Assembly (NCBI GenBank): GCA_037305845.1
Contig: CP147778.1
Coordinates: 2,816,001-2,880,000, forward strand
Source: Candidatus Freyarchaeum deiterrae
Lineage (GTDB): Archaea > Asgardarchaeota > Jordiarchaeia > Jordiarchaeales > Jordiarchaeaceae
Reading direction: 5' to 3'
DNA: 64,000 bases
Positions 1 to 10,227 of the stretch are shown here, piece by piece. The notes under the pieces are model-generated. The model did not search any database, was not told the DNA's origin, and was given only the letters and a program-made list of their open reading frames with translations. Each line of letters begins with the position of its first letter. The first letter of the stretch is position 1. The position numbers were made by a program, and so were the translations under genes.

Positions 1-4
1 CTTA

Positions 5-50
5 CTGATCCTAGCGATAGACTTTCTGACCCTAGCGATAGACCTACTGA
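5..50. repeat. 21-bp tandem repeat (about 2.2 units, possibly continuing past the window edge)
   Basis: CTGA recurs at 5, 26 and 47. Units are ctgatcctagcgatagacttt and ctgaccctagcgatagaccta. Confidence 0.8.
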
Positions 51-106
51 TTGAAACCAATTTTCCCCTTCTTCTTTATTTATATTCCACTTGGAAGCAA
101 AGCGTT

Positions 107-799
107 TCAAACAATGGTTTTGATGATTTTTCCGTACGGTAGAGTCATGTCGTATTCCACGTACACATTAGCCGCTAGCTTCTTAGGCTCAAGAAGGTGA
201 ACCGGATCCTCTTTTGATTTTTTAAAATTTATTTTACCTTCCCCCGCCATCATTTTCGTGATTTCTAAAGGATTCATGGTTAAAAGAACTTTCTTCACAT
301 CTAAACCCGAGCCGTCACCCTTAAGCATCTGCTTGAAAGTCATAATCGAAGCGTCAAAGGGCATCTCCAAGGGACTAGTGGGCTCCACGACAGCTTCTAT
401 GAACTTGACACCCTTTCGCTCAACAGTGCCCGTAACCCTTTCCTCCTCCTGAACCACTTTGATATCCGCCATTTTCTTCGGAAAGCCCCAAATCTCCCTG
501 CCAGCCGTTAAAGCCTCCTCCGTGGTCACCCACATGAAGGGATCGAACCATGCGGAAATATCGTCACACTTAGCCTGCACCATGAGATAAGCCTCGTTAT
601 AGGGTCCGAGAGGTTCACACTTCGGATACTCCATAATCCCCAGCAAAGCCAGAGGCATATCGCCAATCTCGAGAACATCCGGCAAAACCTTCCTAATATT
701 ATTAGGCTCTGTCTCGTAGATGAACAAAACGCCACGAGCACCAGGATACTTGTACGGTGGTTCGGGATACAAGGGGGCATGAATAGGAATACTCTTCAA
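107..799 (-). CDS. Acetoacetate decarboxylase (Adc) family protein
   Basis: PLYPEPPY N-terminus, GPYNEA, and GREIWGFPKK with the Schiff-base Lys. TTG start after GAGGAGG. Confidence 0.85.
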   Translation of the reverse strand: MKSIPIHAPLYPEPPYKYPGARGVLFIYETEPNNIRKVLPDVLEIGDMPLALLGIMEYPKCEPLGPYNEAYLMVQAKCDDISAWFDPFMWVTTEEALTAGREIWGFPKKMADIKVVQEEERVTGTVERKGVKFIEAVVEPTSPLEMPFDASIMTFKQMLKGDGSGLDVKKVLLTMNPLEITKMMAGEGKINFKKSKEDPVHLLEPKKLAANVYVEYDMTLPYGKIIKTIV

Positions 800-948
800 A
801 ACAAACCAACCTCCTCAACAAATACATCCCTTTTAATTATGGAATTGAGAATTACACATAATTAAGTTTTCGAAAGACAAACAAAAAAGGATAGGGAATT
901 GAGTTTTAACTCTTTAAATTGCACCTTAATCCTTTATTTTTAGGATTC

Positions 949-2118
949 CTACTTTCTTCCAAGAATTGATACGGAGGCAACTGAACCCGGACCGCCCAAA
1001 TTGTGAGCTAGGCCCAAGACGGGATCCTTCGCCTGTCTTCCGTCCGCCCTACCCTGCAACTGTTTGGTAATTTCGACTAACATCCGGCATCCCGAAGCTC
1101 CAATGGGGTGACCGAAGCATTTGAGTCCTCCGCTGGGGTTCACCGGTAGTTCTCCGTCTATGGCGGTGACTCCGTCCCGGATTAATTCTGCGCCCTCACC
1201 TTTCTTGCAGAATCCCAAGTCTTCATAGTCAAATAGTTCCGTGCTTGTGAAGCAGTCATGCACCTCAGCTACGCTGATTTCTTTTCGAGGATCTTTTATT
1301 CCCGCCTGTGTGTAGGCTTCTTGTGCTGCCTTTTGTGTTGCGGGGAATCCCAAGTAGTCGTAGCTAGGTTTGTAATAGGGCATCACGGTTTCTACTGCGA
1401 GACCGTTTCCCTTCACCAGCACGTAGTCATCCGAGTGGTTGTACTCTTTTGCTATTTCTGGACTGCCTATTATAAGTGCTGCAGCTCCATCGCTCACCGC
1501 GCAGCAGTCCAATCTGCCAAAAGGATACGCTATCATGGGGGCGTTCAAAACTTCTTCCATCGTTACTTCTTTTCTGAAGTGAGCCTTGGGATGCTTCACA
1601 CCATTGAAATGATTCTTGACAGCTACGCGTGCCAAATCTTCTTTCGTCCATTCATATTTATGGAATGCTCTCGTGGCTGCGAGGGCGAACATTGCTGGGG
1701 CGCTCGCGTTCCCGTATACTGGGTGTCCGACGTCACTCAGTCCGGGTAGTCCTCGGGATCCGGCGTCCAAGATTTTTTCCACTCCGCATGCGAGTGCGAT
1801 ATCGTAGACACCACTAGCTACTGCGAAGCAGGCGTTCCTGAAGGCATCCATTCCTGTGGCGCAGAAGTTTTCGACCCGGGTTGCGGGTTTGCCGAACAGC
1901 TTCAGGGGTTCAACGGCTGTGCAGCCAGATATTCCGGTGAAGTAGTAGAAAACTCCTACCCATATTCCTTGGATATCTTTGGGTTCTATGCCCGCGTCGT
2001 TGTAAGCTTCGTATGCTGCGTCCACCATGAGGTCTTCCTGACTTTTGTCCCATAACTCTCCAAATTTGGTGTAGCCAACTCCCATTACAGCTACTTTGTC
2101 TTTTATGGTTCCTGGCAT
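949..2118 (-). CDS. Thiolase (archaeal/SCP2-like acetyl-CoA acetyltransferase)
   Basis: ENFCATG, VKNH, DGAAA, EVHDCF and GHPIGASG motifs. Confidence 0.9.
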   Translation of the reverse strand: MPGTIKDKVAVMGVGYTKFGELWDKSQEDLMVDAAYEAYNDAGIEPKDIQGIWVGVFYYFTGISGCTAVEPLKLFGKPATRVENFCATGMDAFRNACFAVASGVYDIALACGVEKILDAGSRGLPGLSDVGHPVYGNASAPAMFALAATRAFHKYEWTKEDLARVAVKNHFNGVKHPKAHFRKEVTMEEVLNAPMIAYPFGRLDCCAVSDGAAALIIGSPEIAKEYNHSDDYVLVKGNGLAVETVMPYYKPSYDYLGFPATQKAAQEAYTQAGIKDPRKEISVAEVHDCFTSTELFDYEDLGFCKKGEGAELIRDGVTAIDGELPVNPSGGLKCFGHPIGASGCRMLVEITKQLQGRADGRQAKDPVLGLAHNLGGPGSVASVSILGRK

Positions 2119-2177
2119 TTTTCAATTCTCCTTATCCACAATAATTATTTTCACTTTTTTATTTTATTTTGATTTGT

Positions 2178-3593
2178 TTAATTTCCTCCTCTTATCGGTC
2201 GGCATTTCCAGTAGTAGTGCTTAAAGTATGCGGATTCGTGCAGCCATCGGAACGTTAGTTCTACAGGCATGTCGATTTTTACCTCTTTGGGGTCGCAGTC
2301 GGTCATCTCAAGGAAAATTTTTCCTCCGCCGTCCAGATTTATGACTATTCGGGGTACGGGTGTTACCAGATATTCTCCACCCCCCAGATGATCCAGGGTG
2401 TATGTGAACACCTTTCCGGTTTTGGGCATTCTTACTTCTTCCCAGTTGTCTTTCGCTCCGCATTCTACGCAGACCCTCTGGATGGGGTACTGAATAGTTC
2501 CGCAGTTTTTACACTTCATTCCGTGTAGGTTTAGAATTTTGTTTTTATCTCGATAGTAGATAACGGTGCTGGTTCTTCTGGAGAATCTCTCCCTCTCCAA
2601 GAGCTGCTTGTTTCTCAAGTACTCGTTATAGTTTTTGACGGGTTTCATTGAGAATACATGTCCGGTTATTCCTCTTTTGCCCTTTGTTTGCGCAACCTTG
2701 TCCGTAGTTGTTAGTAATAGAGCGTCGGCTCCGTCTCCTACTCCAACCACAACCATTTTTTGATTGGGTTGAGCTTGTTCAAGAGCTGCTGCTAGCATCA
2801 TTAGGGCTAGTGGAGTTCCGGTGTTTCCTATCGCGAAGAACATTGAGTCTTGGACTTTCGCCGCTTCCACTCCCATTCTCTTAGCTATTTCCGCGGGTGC
2901 TCGGGGATCCGGGGAATACATGACGAGCTTCGCTATGGCTTTGGGGTCTACTTTGTACTTTTGGGCTAGCGCCATCAGGACTGCACCGACCTGGTTCGCG
3001 TAGCCGTATAGTGCGTCGTGTTTAACCTCAAATTCTCTGGTGTAGGTGTCTTTTTCTCTCCTCCACGGTCCAGTGAACTCATCCGAGACCGAGTTGAATC
3101 CGTCTATTGTGGCACCCACATCGTCTTTCGCTAATAGTACTGCTGCGGCTCCGTCTCCGTACTGGAACTCAAACATACTTTCTGGTTCCGCTATTCTGCA
3201 GTCAGCAGCTACGACGAGTATGCTCTTGGCGGCTCCGCTCTGGATAGCGTTGCAGGCCGCTATCAGGGCTGTGGTTCCCGCCCTTAGGGAGTCTGTAAAG
3301 TCTATGGTTTGAATGTCCTTTCTCATGTCCAGCGCGGCTGCTATAAGGGCCGAGCCCTGCTTCTCAGCGTAGGGTGCTGTAGTGGTAGCGAAGTATAGTC
3401 CATCAACTGTTTTCGGCTCTATTTTGTTAAGGCAGTCCCCGCCGGCTTCAACCGCCATGGTTATGCTGTCCTCATCATTATTTGCGAGGGCTTTGGACCC
3501 GGGTACTGAGGGGAAGTCCCAAGCTTTGGCGACTAAATCTCGACCTAAACTATAGAGAGGAATGTAGGCTCCACACGCCTTAATTCCAACCAT
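2178..3593 (-). CDS. HMG-CoA synthase-like domain (catalytic Cys absent) fused to DUF35 Zn-ribbon/OB-fold
   Basis: EDSITMAVEA, GDGAAA and IGNTG motifs. C-terminal CKNC..CVEC followed by GKVFTYT...IDMPVELTFR. DSLRAGT stands where the archaeal enzyme has FACKAGT. Confidence 0.85.
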   Translation of the reverse strand: MVGIKACGAYIPLYSLGRDLVAKAWDFPSVPGSKALANNDEDSITMAVEAGGDCLNKIEPKTVDGLYFATTTAPYAEKQGSALIAAALDMRKDIQTIDFTDSLRAGTTALIAACNAIQSGAAKSILVVAADCRIAEPESMFEFQYGDGAAAVLLAKDDVGATIDGFNSVSDEFTGPWRREKDTYTREFEVKHDALYGYANQVGAVLMALAQKYKVDPKAIAKLVMYSPDPRAPAEIAKRMGVEAAKVQDSMFFAIGNTGTPLALMMLAAALEQAQPNQKMVVVGVGDGADALLLTTTDKVAQTKGKRGITGHVFSMKPVKNYNEYLRNKQLLERERFSRRTSTVIYYRDKNKILNLHGMKCKNCGTIQYPIQRVCVECGAKDNWEEVRMPKTGKVFTYTLDHLGGGEYLVTPVPRIVINLDGGGKIFLEMTDCDPKEVKIDMPVELTFRWLHESAYFKHYYWKCRPIRGGN

Positions 3594-3897
3594 ATCTCAT
3601 TTCGCCTCTCAAAATTTCAGTTCGCGAAATTAAAAACCTATGCCCTTTATTCTCTTATAGACTATAAACTATATTTTGTCTTTTTTATGCTAAAATTAGT
3701 TGCTCATATTGAAGTTTTTATAAATTTAAATTTTGTGTCACCATTAATTAAAACCTTGCACTGAATACGCCGCTTTTCTTCTACTACACTTTGGTATCAC
3801 TAAGCGCATGTTCCTTCGCAGGACAAGGTTGTTAAATAATGCGGAAAAAAAGTAGTAGGGAAAGTCTTCCCTCCAAGCGTCTTTTAGTTGACTAATT

Positions 3898-4800
3898 TTA
3901 GAGTTTTAGAGATATCGCGTATCCTGTTATGAGTTGGTTTATTAACATTTTTCGAACTAGTTCCATATATTTTTTAATGGGCTCATCGACACCGTACTTT
4001 TCTAGTAACACATTGTATACTTTATCTACGCTCTTGGTTTTTCCGTAAACGTCGACTATTATTTTCTTCCACTCTTTAGCTGTTTCTGCGGCTTTCTTCA
4101 CAACCTTTTTTGCCTTTGGTTGCTTTAGGGTACCGAAGTGTCCCATGCAAAGATACTTGAAGTCATAACCGAGTATTTTCTCCAGCGACTCGAGATACGC
4201 CTCATAGTCGAAAAGTGGAGGGAAGGAAGGCGGCAAACAAAAATCGAGTTGCTCATTATAGTTGCACACCGCGTCTCCAGCAAAAAGGGTCTTGGTTTTC
4301 GACTCGAATAACCCTATGCCCCCCGGCGTGTGTCCCGGAAGCGCCACCACCTCTAGGCTGATTTCTTCCCCGAGGTCTATCATGTCTCCCTCCTCTACTA
4401 CCTGCACGGTTTTTACTGGGGGAAACGGGCTCACGAGTCCCGCTGCCTCACCATAATATTCCTTTGATGCTTCTAGGACTTTTTCGGGGTCTCTCAGTAT
4501 TTCAGCTGTTATCTCCGAGGCTAGAACTATGGTTGTGGGCATCTTCTTTAGGAGTTCCGCGGCTCCGGCTCCGTGGTCGTAGTGTTCATGGGTTATAACA
4601 ATGGCGTTTATAATTTTTGGACTAATTTTGAATTCTTGTAGCGTATTTAGAATCTTCTCCGTGGTTTGGCTGGTTCCCGAGTCGATGAGAAATATCTTCT
4701 CACCCTTAGCCACGTAGCATGTTCCTACTCGCGGTAAACCCCATTGCTGGGTATCTATCTGGTAACAATTATCATTTATTTGAGAATCGGAATCCAACAT
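3898..4800 (-). CDS. MBL-fold metallo-hydrolase
   Basis: LIDSG, THEHYDHGAG, PGHTPG, FAGDA and MGHFG motifs. Confidence 0.9.
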   Translation of the reverse strand: MLDSDSQINDNCYQIDTQQWGLPRVGTCYVAKGEKIFLIDSGTSQTTEKILNTLQEFKISPKIINAIVITHEHYDHGAGAAELLKKMPTTIVLASEITAEILRDPEKVLEASKEYYGEAAGLVSPFPPVKTVQVVEEGDMIDLGEEISLEVVALPGHTPGGIGLFESKTKTLFAGDAVCNYNEQLDFCLPPSFPPLFDYEAYLESLEKILGYDFKYLCMGHFGTLKQPKAKKVVKKAAETAKEWKKIIVDVYGKTKSVDKVYNVLLEKYGVDEPIKKYMELVRKMLINQLITGYAISLKL

Positions 4801-5002
4801 GACACAATATCTCCCACAAATTATACTCGTCTATTCTCTTCATTCTCACACCAAATTAAGATTTCTATCCGCCTATGAACTGATAACCTAAACTCTTCCT
4901 AATGTTTCAAAGGCAAATTCCCCGATCAATCGTAGAAAAAATTTGAATCAGCCTTTTATATACGTAAGACGGAGAGTGCACCATAACTCGGGTGGTGTTT
5001 TG

Positions 5003-6181
5003 TTGGCGTCGTACAATTTTTTTGATAGGGCGTCCTGTGATTTGTGTGGTCTGTGTTTAAACCAATGTCCTATAATGGAGATGCCTATAGATCAGGCGAG
5101 GGCGGAATTCAAAAAATTGGTTGACGGAGAGGAAACCGAGGTTTTAAAAAAATGCACGAGTTGCATGTCCTGCAACAACTTCTGCCCCCATTACAGCCGC
5201 CCCTACGAACTAATACTATACCGCTGGTATGAACGCTACAAGGAGAAGGGTTTACCAAAGGCAGCCAAGTTCTTTCTGCCTTACCAGTTCCCAAACTTCG
5301 GCTCAGCGCTCATGGAGCACCTTCCCGAGGATGAAAAGAAAACCGTTGAATCCTGGGCCAGGCTCAAAAAATGCGAAGAGATATTTTATCCAGGATGCAA
5401 CATGATTTTTCTCTCCTATCTCAGTTTTTCCAAAATTTTTGAAAACGTGACTTTTATGGGTTCGCAGGAACTTTGCTGCGGGGAGCCGTGGTACCGTATA
5501 GGCTTGCTGGAGACCTCCGAGCAGATCGCGAAGAAGCTGGAGAAGCAGTTACGAAATCTGGGAGTGAAGAGGATGATTATTCCCTGCTTAGCCTGCTGCA
5601 ACATGTTCAGTAATGTGTATCCCCGATTTGGTGTGAATTTTGATTTCGAAATAATTCCTCTTCTGGACTGGCTGTGGGAAAAAATAGACCAGGGAAAGCT
5701 GAAACTGAAAAGCAAATTGAATAGGACGGTAACACTTCACGATAATTGCCAAGCGAAGCCCTTCGGAAACAAATACTACGACCTATCGAGAAAAATACTC
5801 GAATCTCTAGGAGTCAAAGTCATAGAAATGGAGCACAACAAAGACAAGGCCCTCTGCTGCGGAATGGCAGCCTTCGCCGGAAGCCACAGCGTAGACGACA
5901 TACTAAACGCGGCCATGAGACGATATAAGGAGGCTGAGAACACCGGCGCCAGCGCCCTAGCATTATACTGCGGAGGATGCCAATGGGTACTCTCAATAGC
6001 GAAAACGCTAAGCCAAGGAAAAACACCAATCTTCCACATACTAGAACTAGTACAAATGGCGACGGGTGAAAACCTGGCACATAGAAACATTGAAAGAGCC
6101 CAAAAAATCTTAGAGCTGGCAATGGTTGAAGCAGCCCGAGCAGACCCCAAAGAGAGATTCTGGGCTGAAAAAATAGAATAA
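5003..6181 (+). CDS. Fe-S binding CCG-domain oxidoreductase (HdrD/GlpC-like)
   Basis: Two CxxCxxCxxxCP motifs, YPGC, two CCG motifs and HDNC. Start moved from 4943 to the TTG at 5003, which follows GGTGGTG. Confidence 0.8.
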   Translation: MASYNFFDRASCDLCGLCLNQCPIMEMPIDQARAEFKKLVDGEETEVLKKCTSCMSCNNFCPHYSRPYELILYRWYERYKEKGLPKAAKFFLPYQFPNFGSALMEHLPEDEKKTVESWARLKKCEEIFYPGCNMIFLSYLSFSKIFENVTFMGSQELCCGEPWYRIGLLETSEQIAKKLEKQLRNLGVKRMIIPCLACCNMFSNVYPRFGVNFDFEIIPLLDWLWEKIDQGKLKLKSKLNRTVTLHDNCQAKPFGNKYYDLSRKILESLGVKVIEMEHNKDKALCCGMAAFAGSHSVDDILNAAMRRYKEAENTGASALALYCGGCQWVLSIAKTLSQGKTPIFHILELVQMATGENLAHRNIERAQKILELAMVEAARADPKERFWAEKIE

Positions 6182-6223
6182 AGCAAAAATGAGAAATAAG
6201 AAAGAAAGAGGAAAAAACCGGGA

Positions 6224-8743
6224 TCAGATTTGAAGGTGGTTAGTCAAGTATAAAAATGAAGACAGTTCGTTAGCTAGACCGTATCCATATTGAGGATCCC
6301 AACCCGGAGGACCGAGATCATGCTCCTGCGCTCCCGCTATAATCGCCCACCGGATTGACGCGGCTCGGAGAGCAGGAGGCAAACCCATCTCATTGTATTC
6401 TTGTGTTAAGAGAAGTGCAATTCCTGTAACCGTTGGAACAGATCCACTGGTGTATGGACCGGGACCCGTTACCTCTGGTTTTGGAAGCCACCAGTGGGGG
6501 GAGGGTCCAAGTGGACTTACTGGAGACCAAGACGAGTCCTTAATACTCATAGTAGCTCCAACAGTTATTGCCCAGTCCGCTATTCCTGGCACCAACAATC
6601 CGCCGACATGGTTCTTACTGAAGTCCAAATAGCCGCCGCCAGCAACAACTACCACTATGCCGTCTAGAAAGGCGCGATCCACCGCCTCCGTTAAGAATCC
6701 ATAGACTTGGTTTTCGTTACCCAGAGCGAGTTCCGCCGCAGAGATGTTGAAGAGGTCTTTGTTCGCCACGCACCAGTCCAGAGCCTCCGCCATATGAACA
6801 CAGGTCATATAGAAAGCCTCTCCGCTATCCGTTTTGATTTTGAGATCTATGATATCAGCATCGGGAGCTATTCCGTACACACCAGCGGTATCCAATGCAA
6901 TTCCCGTTCCATGACTTGAGGGATCCAGTGTGGTCGGTTCGCCCAGTATTCTGGGGTCTCCCGCCTGTCCTGTGAGAAAGTTTACTTGGTAAATCACTCT
7001 ACCGTTTGTCTTCCCTGAGATCACTGGCACGTACCAATCTATCCCGGAATCAATTACCGCGACAGTGGTTCCTTTCCCAGTAATATTAAATGATTGAAGT
7101 ATATCCGCTCCAACAAAATAGTACCGAGCGTCATGAGCGTAAATATCTGGAGGTGTTGACGGATTCTGATTAAACAATATGTAACTCAGATGAAAGTCAT
7201 TAACCAGCTGAACCAGTTTTATCCCAAGATCTGAGCTGTCGTTAGCACTAACATTACCATAGATGGCATAGTAAGCATTATCCTGATAGACAGCATCAGT
7301 CCCACTATAATTCTCAAAAGTGAAGAAAGCAGAATAGGTCGTATTTTTTAGGCCATCTATGTAACTCTGGGGAATGGGATCCATAAATCTCAATATAACA
7401 GAAACATTTTGTGGAAAGCTACTGTTGCTAATGTTAAGTAAACGGGGATCGATTTTATCCACTGCACTCAAGCCTTGGGATGTCACTGGGGCCTGTGTTG
7501 AGGGTATCGAAGTTACTCTGGCATTCATGAATAAAATTGGTATGAGAATCGCCAATATCACCAGCAACGCTGCTACATTCCTAGCGGAGGGTTTCAACAC
7601 TCTACGTACAATGTTTATAACGCCCCAACCCTGTTCCTGTGGAATTGTTGGAACCGATATCACTGCGGCGACTATTGCTAAGCCGAGGTAAATCAGTATA
7701 GGGACATCAGGAGTTGGGGTTGGCATGTAATAAGTCAGGAGCACAACTCTGTAAAATCCCGGGTAAAAGTATACATAGATTATAAACCCGATCAAAATCA
7801 CAGTTTTAATCTTAGAGTTTTGAGTGTAAACACAAATTCCAATTGTAAACAGAATTAAGGAGATATAAGTGTAAAGATTAAAATTCAGGGGAAAGATGCC
7901 GTGGAGAGCGTCGATATCGAGGGATGCGAGAAGAGATGAGTAGAAAATGTATCTCTCTATAAAAAGCTGGACCGAAACAAAGACTAATGGAAAGGCTACC
8001 ATTGTGAGAATAGATCCAGCAATCAGTTGATATCTCTTGATAAGGGGAGGATTTCTCTGAAAACTGATGATCACACACCCCAGTATCAGGAAGTAAACGC
8101 CAATCAGATCAAAAGAACCAACCGCATAAAGCATAACTTGCTGAGTGTAATAGAAGCTAAGCCCAGTGAGCGGGTAGTAAGAATAACTCGGGATCGTAAA
8201 CATCGACAGAAGAATCATAACCACTCCAAAAAGCACTGTTACTACCCCTGAGAATCGATAAAACTTTTCACTCGGCTTCTCAACCATCCCGCCTCTCAAC
8301 AGAAAATCAGCAGTCAACACCATGGACAAACTAATAATAACGGAGGCCAAAACAACGCTCTGAACTAGACCAGTATACTGGTTATCCAAATAAAACGAAC
8401 CACTAAACAGAATAGAGCTAAAAGTGGTGTAACCACTACTCCTCTGCACAAGAGTCACACACGCAACCAGAAACAACGCGGTTTTACCCATGTACGCCGT
8501 CCAAGACTCCGTAATCTTCCTTTTTTTAATAAGAAGCATCAACGAGGAAAAGAAGCAAATCTCACCCGCCGCAAAAATTAGAAACCCAGTTAAAGTCCAA
8601 ACAATCTGCCCAGAAATAGAAACAAACGTAGGAGGCCCCGCGAAAAAGGTGTAAGACCAAAACTGCCACTCACTTAAGGATAAACCGGCTAACGCCAGGA
8701 AGATTCCTAGAAAACAGAGAAGTAAGTACTTCTCCCCCAACAA
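6224..8743 (-). CDS. Polytopic membrane protein with C-terminal S8 (subtilisin-like) peptidase domain
   Basis: About 400 aa of hydrophobic helices, then GKGTTVAVIDSG, SHGTG, GIAPDA, KPEV, YTSGSVP and DPQYGYG. Confidence 0.8.
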   Translation of the reverse strand: MLGEKYLLLCFLGIFLALAGLSLSEWQFWSYTFFAGPPTFVSISGQIVWTLTGFLIFAAGEICFFSSLMLLIKKRKITESWTAYMGKTALFLVACVTLVQRSSGYTTFSSILFSGSFYLDNQYTGLVQSVVLASVIISLSMVLTADFLLRGGMVEKPSEKFYRFSGVVTVLFGVVMILLSMFTIPSYSYYPLTGLSFYYTQQVMLYAVGSFDLIGVYFLILGCVIISFQRNPPLIKRYQLIAGSILTMVAFPLVFVSVQLFIERYIFYSSLLASLDIDALHGIFPLNFNLYTYISLILFTIGICVYTQNSKIKTVILIGFIIYVYFYPGFYRVVLLTYYMPTPTPDVPILIYLGLAIVAAVISVPTIPQEQGWGVINIVRRVLKPSARNVAALLVILAILIPILFMNARVTSIPSTQAPVTSQGLSAVDKIDPRLLNISNSSFPQNVSVILRFMDPIPQSYIDGLKNTTYSAFFTFENYSGTDAVYQDNAYYAIYGNVSANDSSDLGIKLVQLVNDFHLSYILFNQNPSTPPDIYAHDARYYFVGADILQSFNITGKGTTVAVIDSGIDWYVPVISGKTNGRVIYQVNFLTGQAGDPRILGEPTTLDPSSHGTGIALDTAGVYGIAPDADIIDLKIKTDSGEAFYMTCVHMAEALDWCVANKDLFNISAAELALGNENQVYGFLTEAVDRAFLDGIVVVVAGGGYLDFSKNHVGGLLVPGIADWAITVGATMSIKDSSWSPVSPLGPSPHWWLPKPEVTGPGPYTSGSVPTVTGIALLLTQEYNEMGLPPALRAASIRWAIIAGAQEHDLGPPGWDPQYGYGLANELSSFLYLTNHLQI

Positions 8744-8819
8744 AGTTCCTATTTTCTTATACGCCTAAATCACCCACCAATACTATACTGATTTGAAGTA
8801 CTCTTAAAAAAGGCTTTCT

Positions 8820-9019
8820 TTTGAGGAAAAAGGCTTTAGTGTTACAAGAACTAAGGGTTCACACATAAGAATGAGAGCGGAAGACGAAGAGCAACCACCA
8901 TTCCCGTTCATGGGAACAAGGAAATACCCAAAGGGCTTATGCATAAAATAATCAGAGAAGACTTGGAATTAAGCCTAGATGAATTTTTAGAAACGTGCTC
9001 AAGACACAAAGAAAAATAA
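8820..9019 (+). pseudogene. hicA: HicA-family toxin remnant (5'-truncated, frameshifted)
   Basis: Manual translation gives FEEKGFSVTRTKGSHIRMRAED, then a 1-nt deletion near 8886, then RATTIPVHGNKEIPKGLMHKIIREDLELSLDEFLE. GSH and TTIPVH are HicA motifs. Confidence 0.75.
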
Positions 9020-9085
9020 AGAAATAACAACCCCTCATCCAGCCCAACATACCACTAAAAAATTAGGGCTTATCTATTTTTGAAA

Positions 9086-9970
9086 TCACTTTCCTTTCTT
9101 CTTTTTGCTGCCTTTTGTATCTTGCTTAGATTGTTCAGACTCTACTTTTTTAACTTGTTTTTTCTGCTCAACCAGAATGTTTGTAAAGAACTGAGCCGAG
9201 GAGTACGCACTCTCCACCTCACCCAAGGAAAGATTCTTCATTTCACTTTTCATCGCTGGAGCTGCCGCGACTCCTTTCTCCGCCGCGTAAGCCTCTGCAC
9301 TCATCTTTTGTCTTTCTGTTCTAGTTTCGCTTCTCTGCAGATAGTAGTGGCTAATCATGTGAATTACTCTGCCACCGCCTACTGTGAAGGTAATTGCTAC
9401 TGGTGATTCGCCGTACTTTTCTTTCAGCTCGTCGCTCTTGATTAAGACTCTAACCTTTTCCTTATCCAAGATTCGGATAGGGTACGAACTTCCCTCAAGC
9501 CACCAGACAGGCTCATCTTTCTTTTCCACTACACCCTTTACTAGAGGATTTTCAGCATCTAAAACCTCGATTTTTACAACTTCATCGCCAGTGGAATTAT
9601 TATTGTACTCCACATATCCCGGGAAAGCCTTTTGCAGCACGTTTAGGAGAGACCAATCCGTGGTAAAAAGAAAGCCGCCATCCCTGACAAACCCCTGAAC
9701 CTTCTCAATCCCCTTATCATTCAGATACCCTGGACAGTCAATCAGTAACAACTGTTTAGAGCTAAGAGGAATATCGTCAACCTGCTCGGGGCTAATAACC
9801 ATGTGGGGGACGCCTAATGCTTGGAAAACATTTTCAATGTGATCGTAAGCTCCACTCACAACAATTATGTCCGATTCCTTAGTCTCGTCCACTAGCGCTA
9901 GGTCTTCTTCTCTTTCCTTCTTCATCTTTTCACGCAACAAATTCCAAGATGCCCGATACGCTTTCTCCAT
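9086..9970 (-). CDS. Hypothetical protein, probable class I glutamine-amidotransferase-like fold
   Basis: LLLIDCPG, FVRDGGFLFTTDW and VGGGRVIHMISH segments. Start moved from 10036 to the ATG at 9970, which follows AGGTGG. Confidence 0.6.
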   Translation of the reverse strand: MEKAYRASWNLLREKMKKEREEDLALVDETKESDIIVVSGAYDHIENVFQALGVPHMVISPEQVDDIPLSSKQLLLIDCPGYLNDKGIEKVQGFVRDGGFLFTTDWSLLNVLQKAFPGYVEYNNNSTGDEVVKIEVLDAENPLVKGVVEKKDEPVWWLEGSSYPIRILDKEKVRVLIKSDELKEKYGESPVAITFTVGGGRVIHMISHYYLQRSETRTERQKMSAEAYAAEKGVAAAPAMKSEMKNLSLGEVESAYSSAQFFTNILVEQKKQVKKVESEQSKQDTKGSKKKKGK

Positions 9971-10227
9971 AGAATGATTCCACCTAACAAAATAATGAAT
10001 ACGAAAAGCGCAACGTTTTATGACCATTATATGCACAGAATAATCTATTAACTATTTCTTAGTTTTGCGTAACTACACTAACTCCTCATTACCGATAAGT
10101 TAATCCAAGTAAAACCCTAAAAGAATGCTTCTTCATTTATTTTGGAAGCATATAATACAGCATGTGGAAGCAAACCATTATCATAAAAATAGAATCTTAA
10201 AATAAAAAAAAGTTGAGGATGGGTGGT

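Noticed and set aside
5-50. Possible CRISPR array
   Set aside because: The 21-bp units are contiguous with no spacers, and there are no cas genes in the window.
2178-3593. Functional mevalonate-pathway HMG-CoA synthase
   Set aside because: The catalytic Cys and His positions are substituted.
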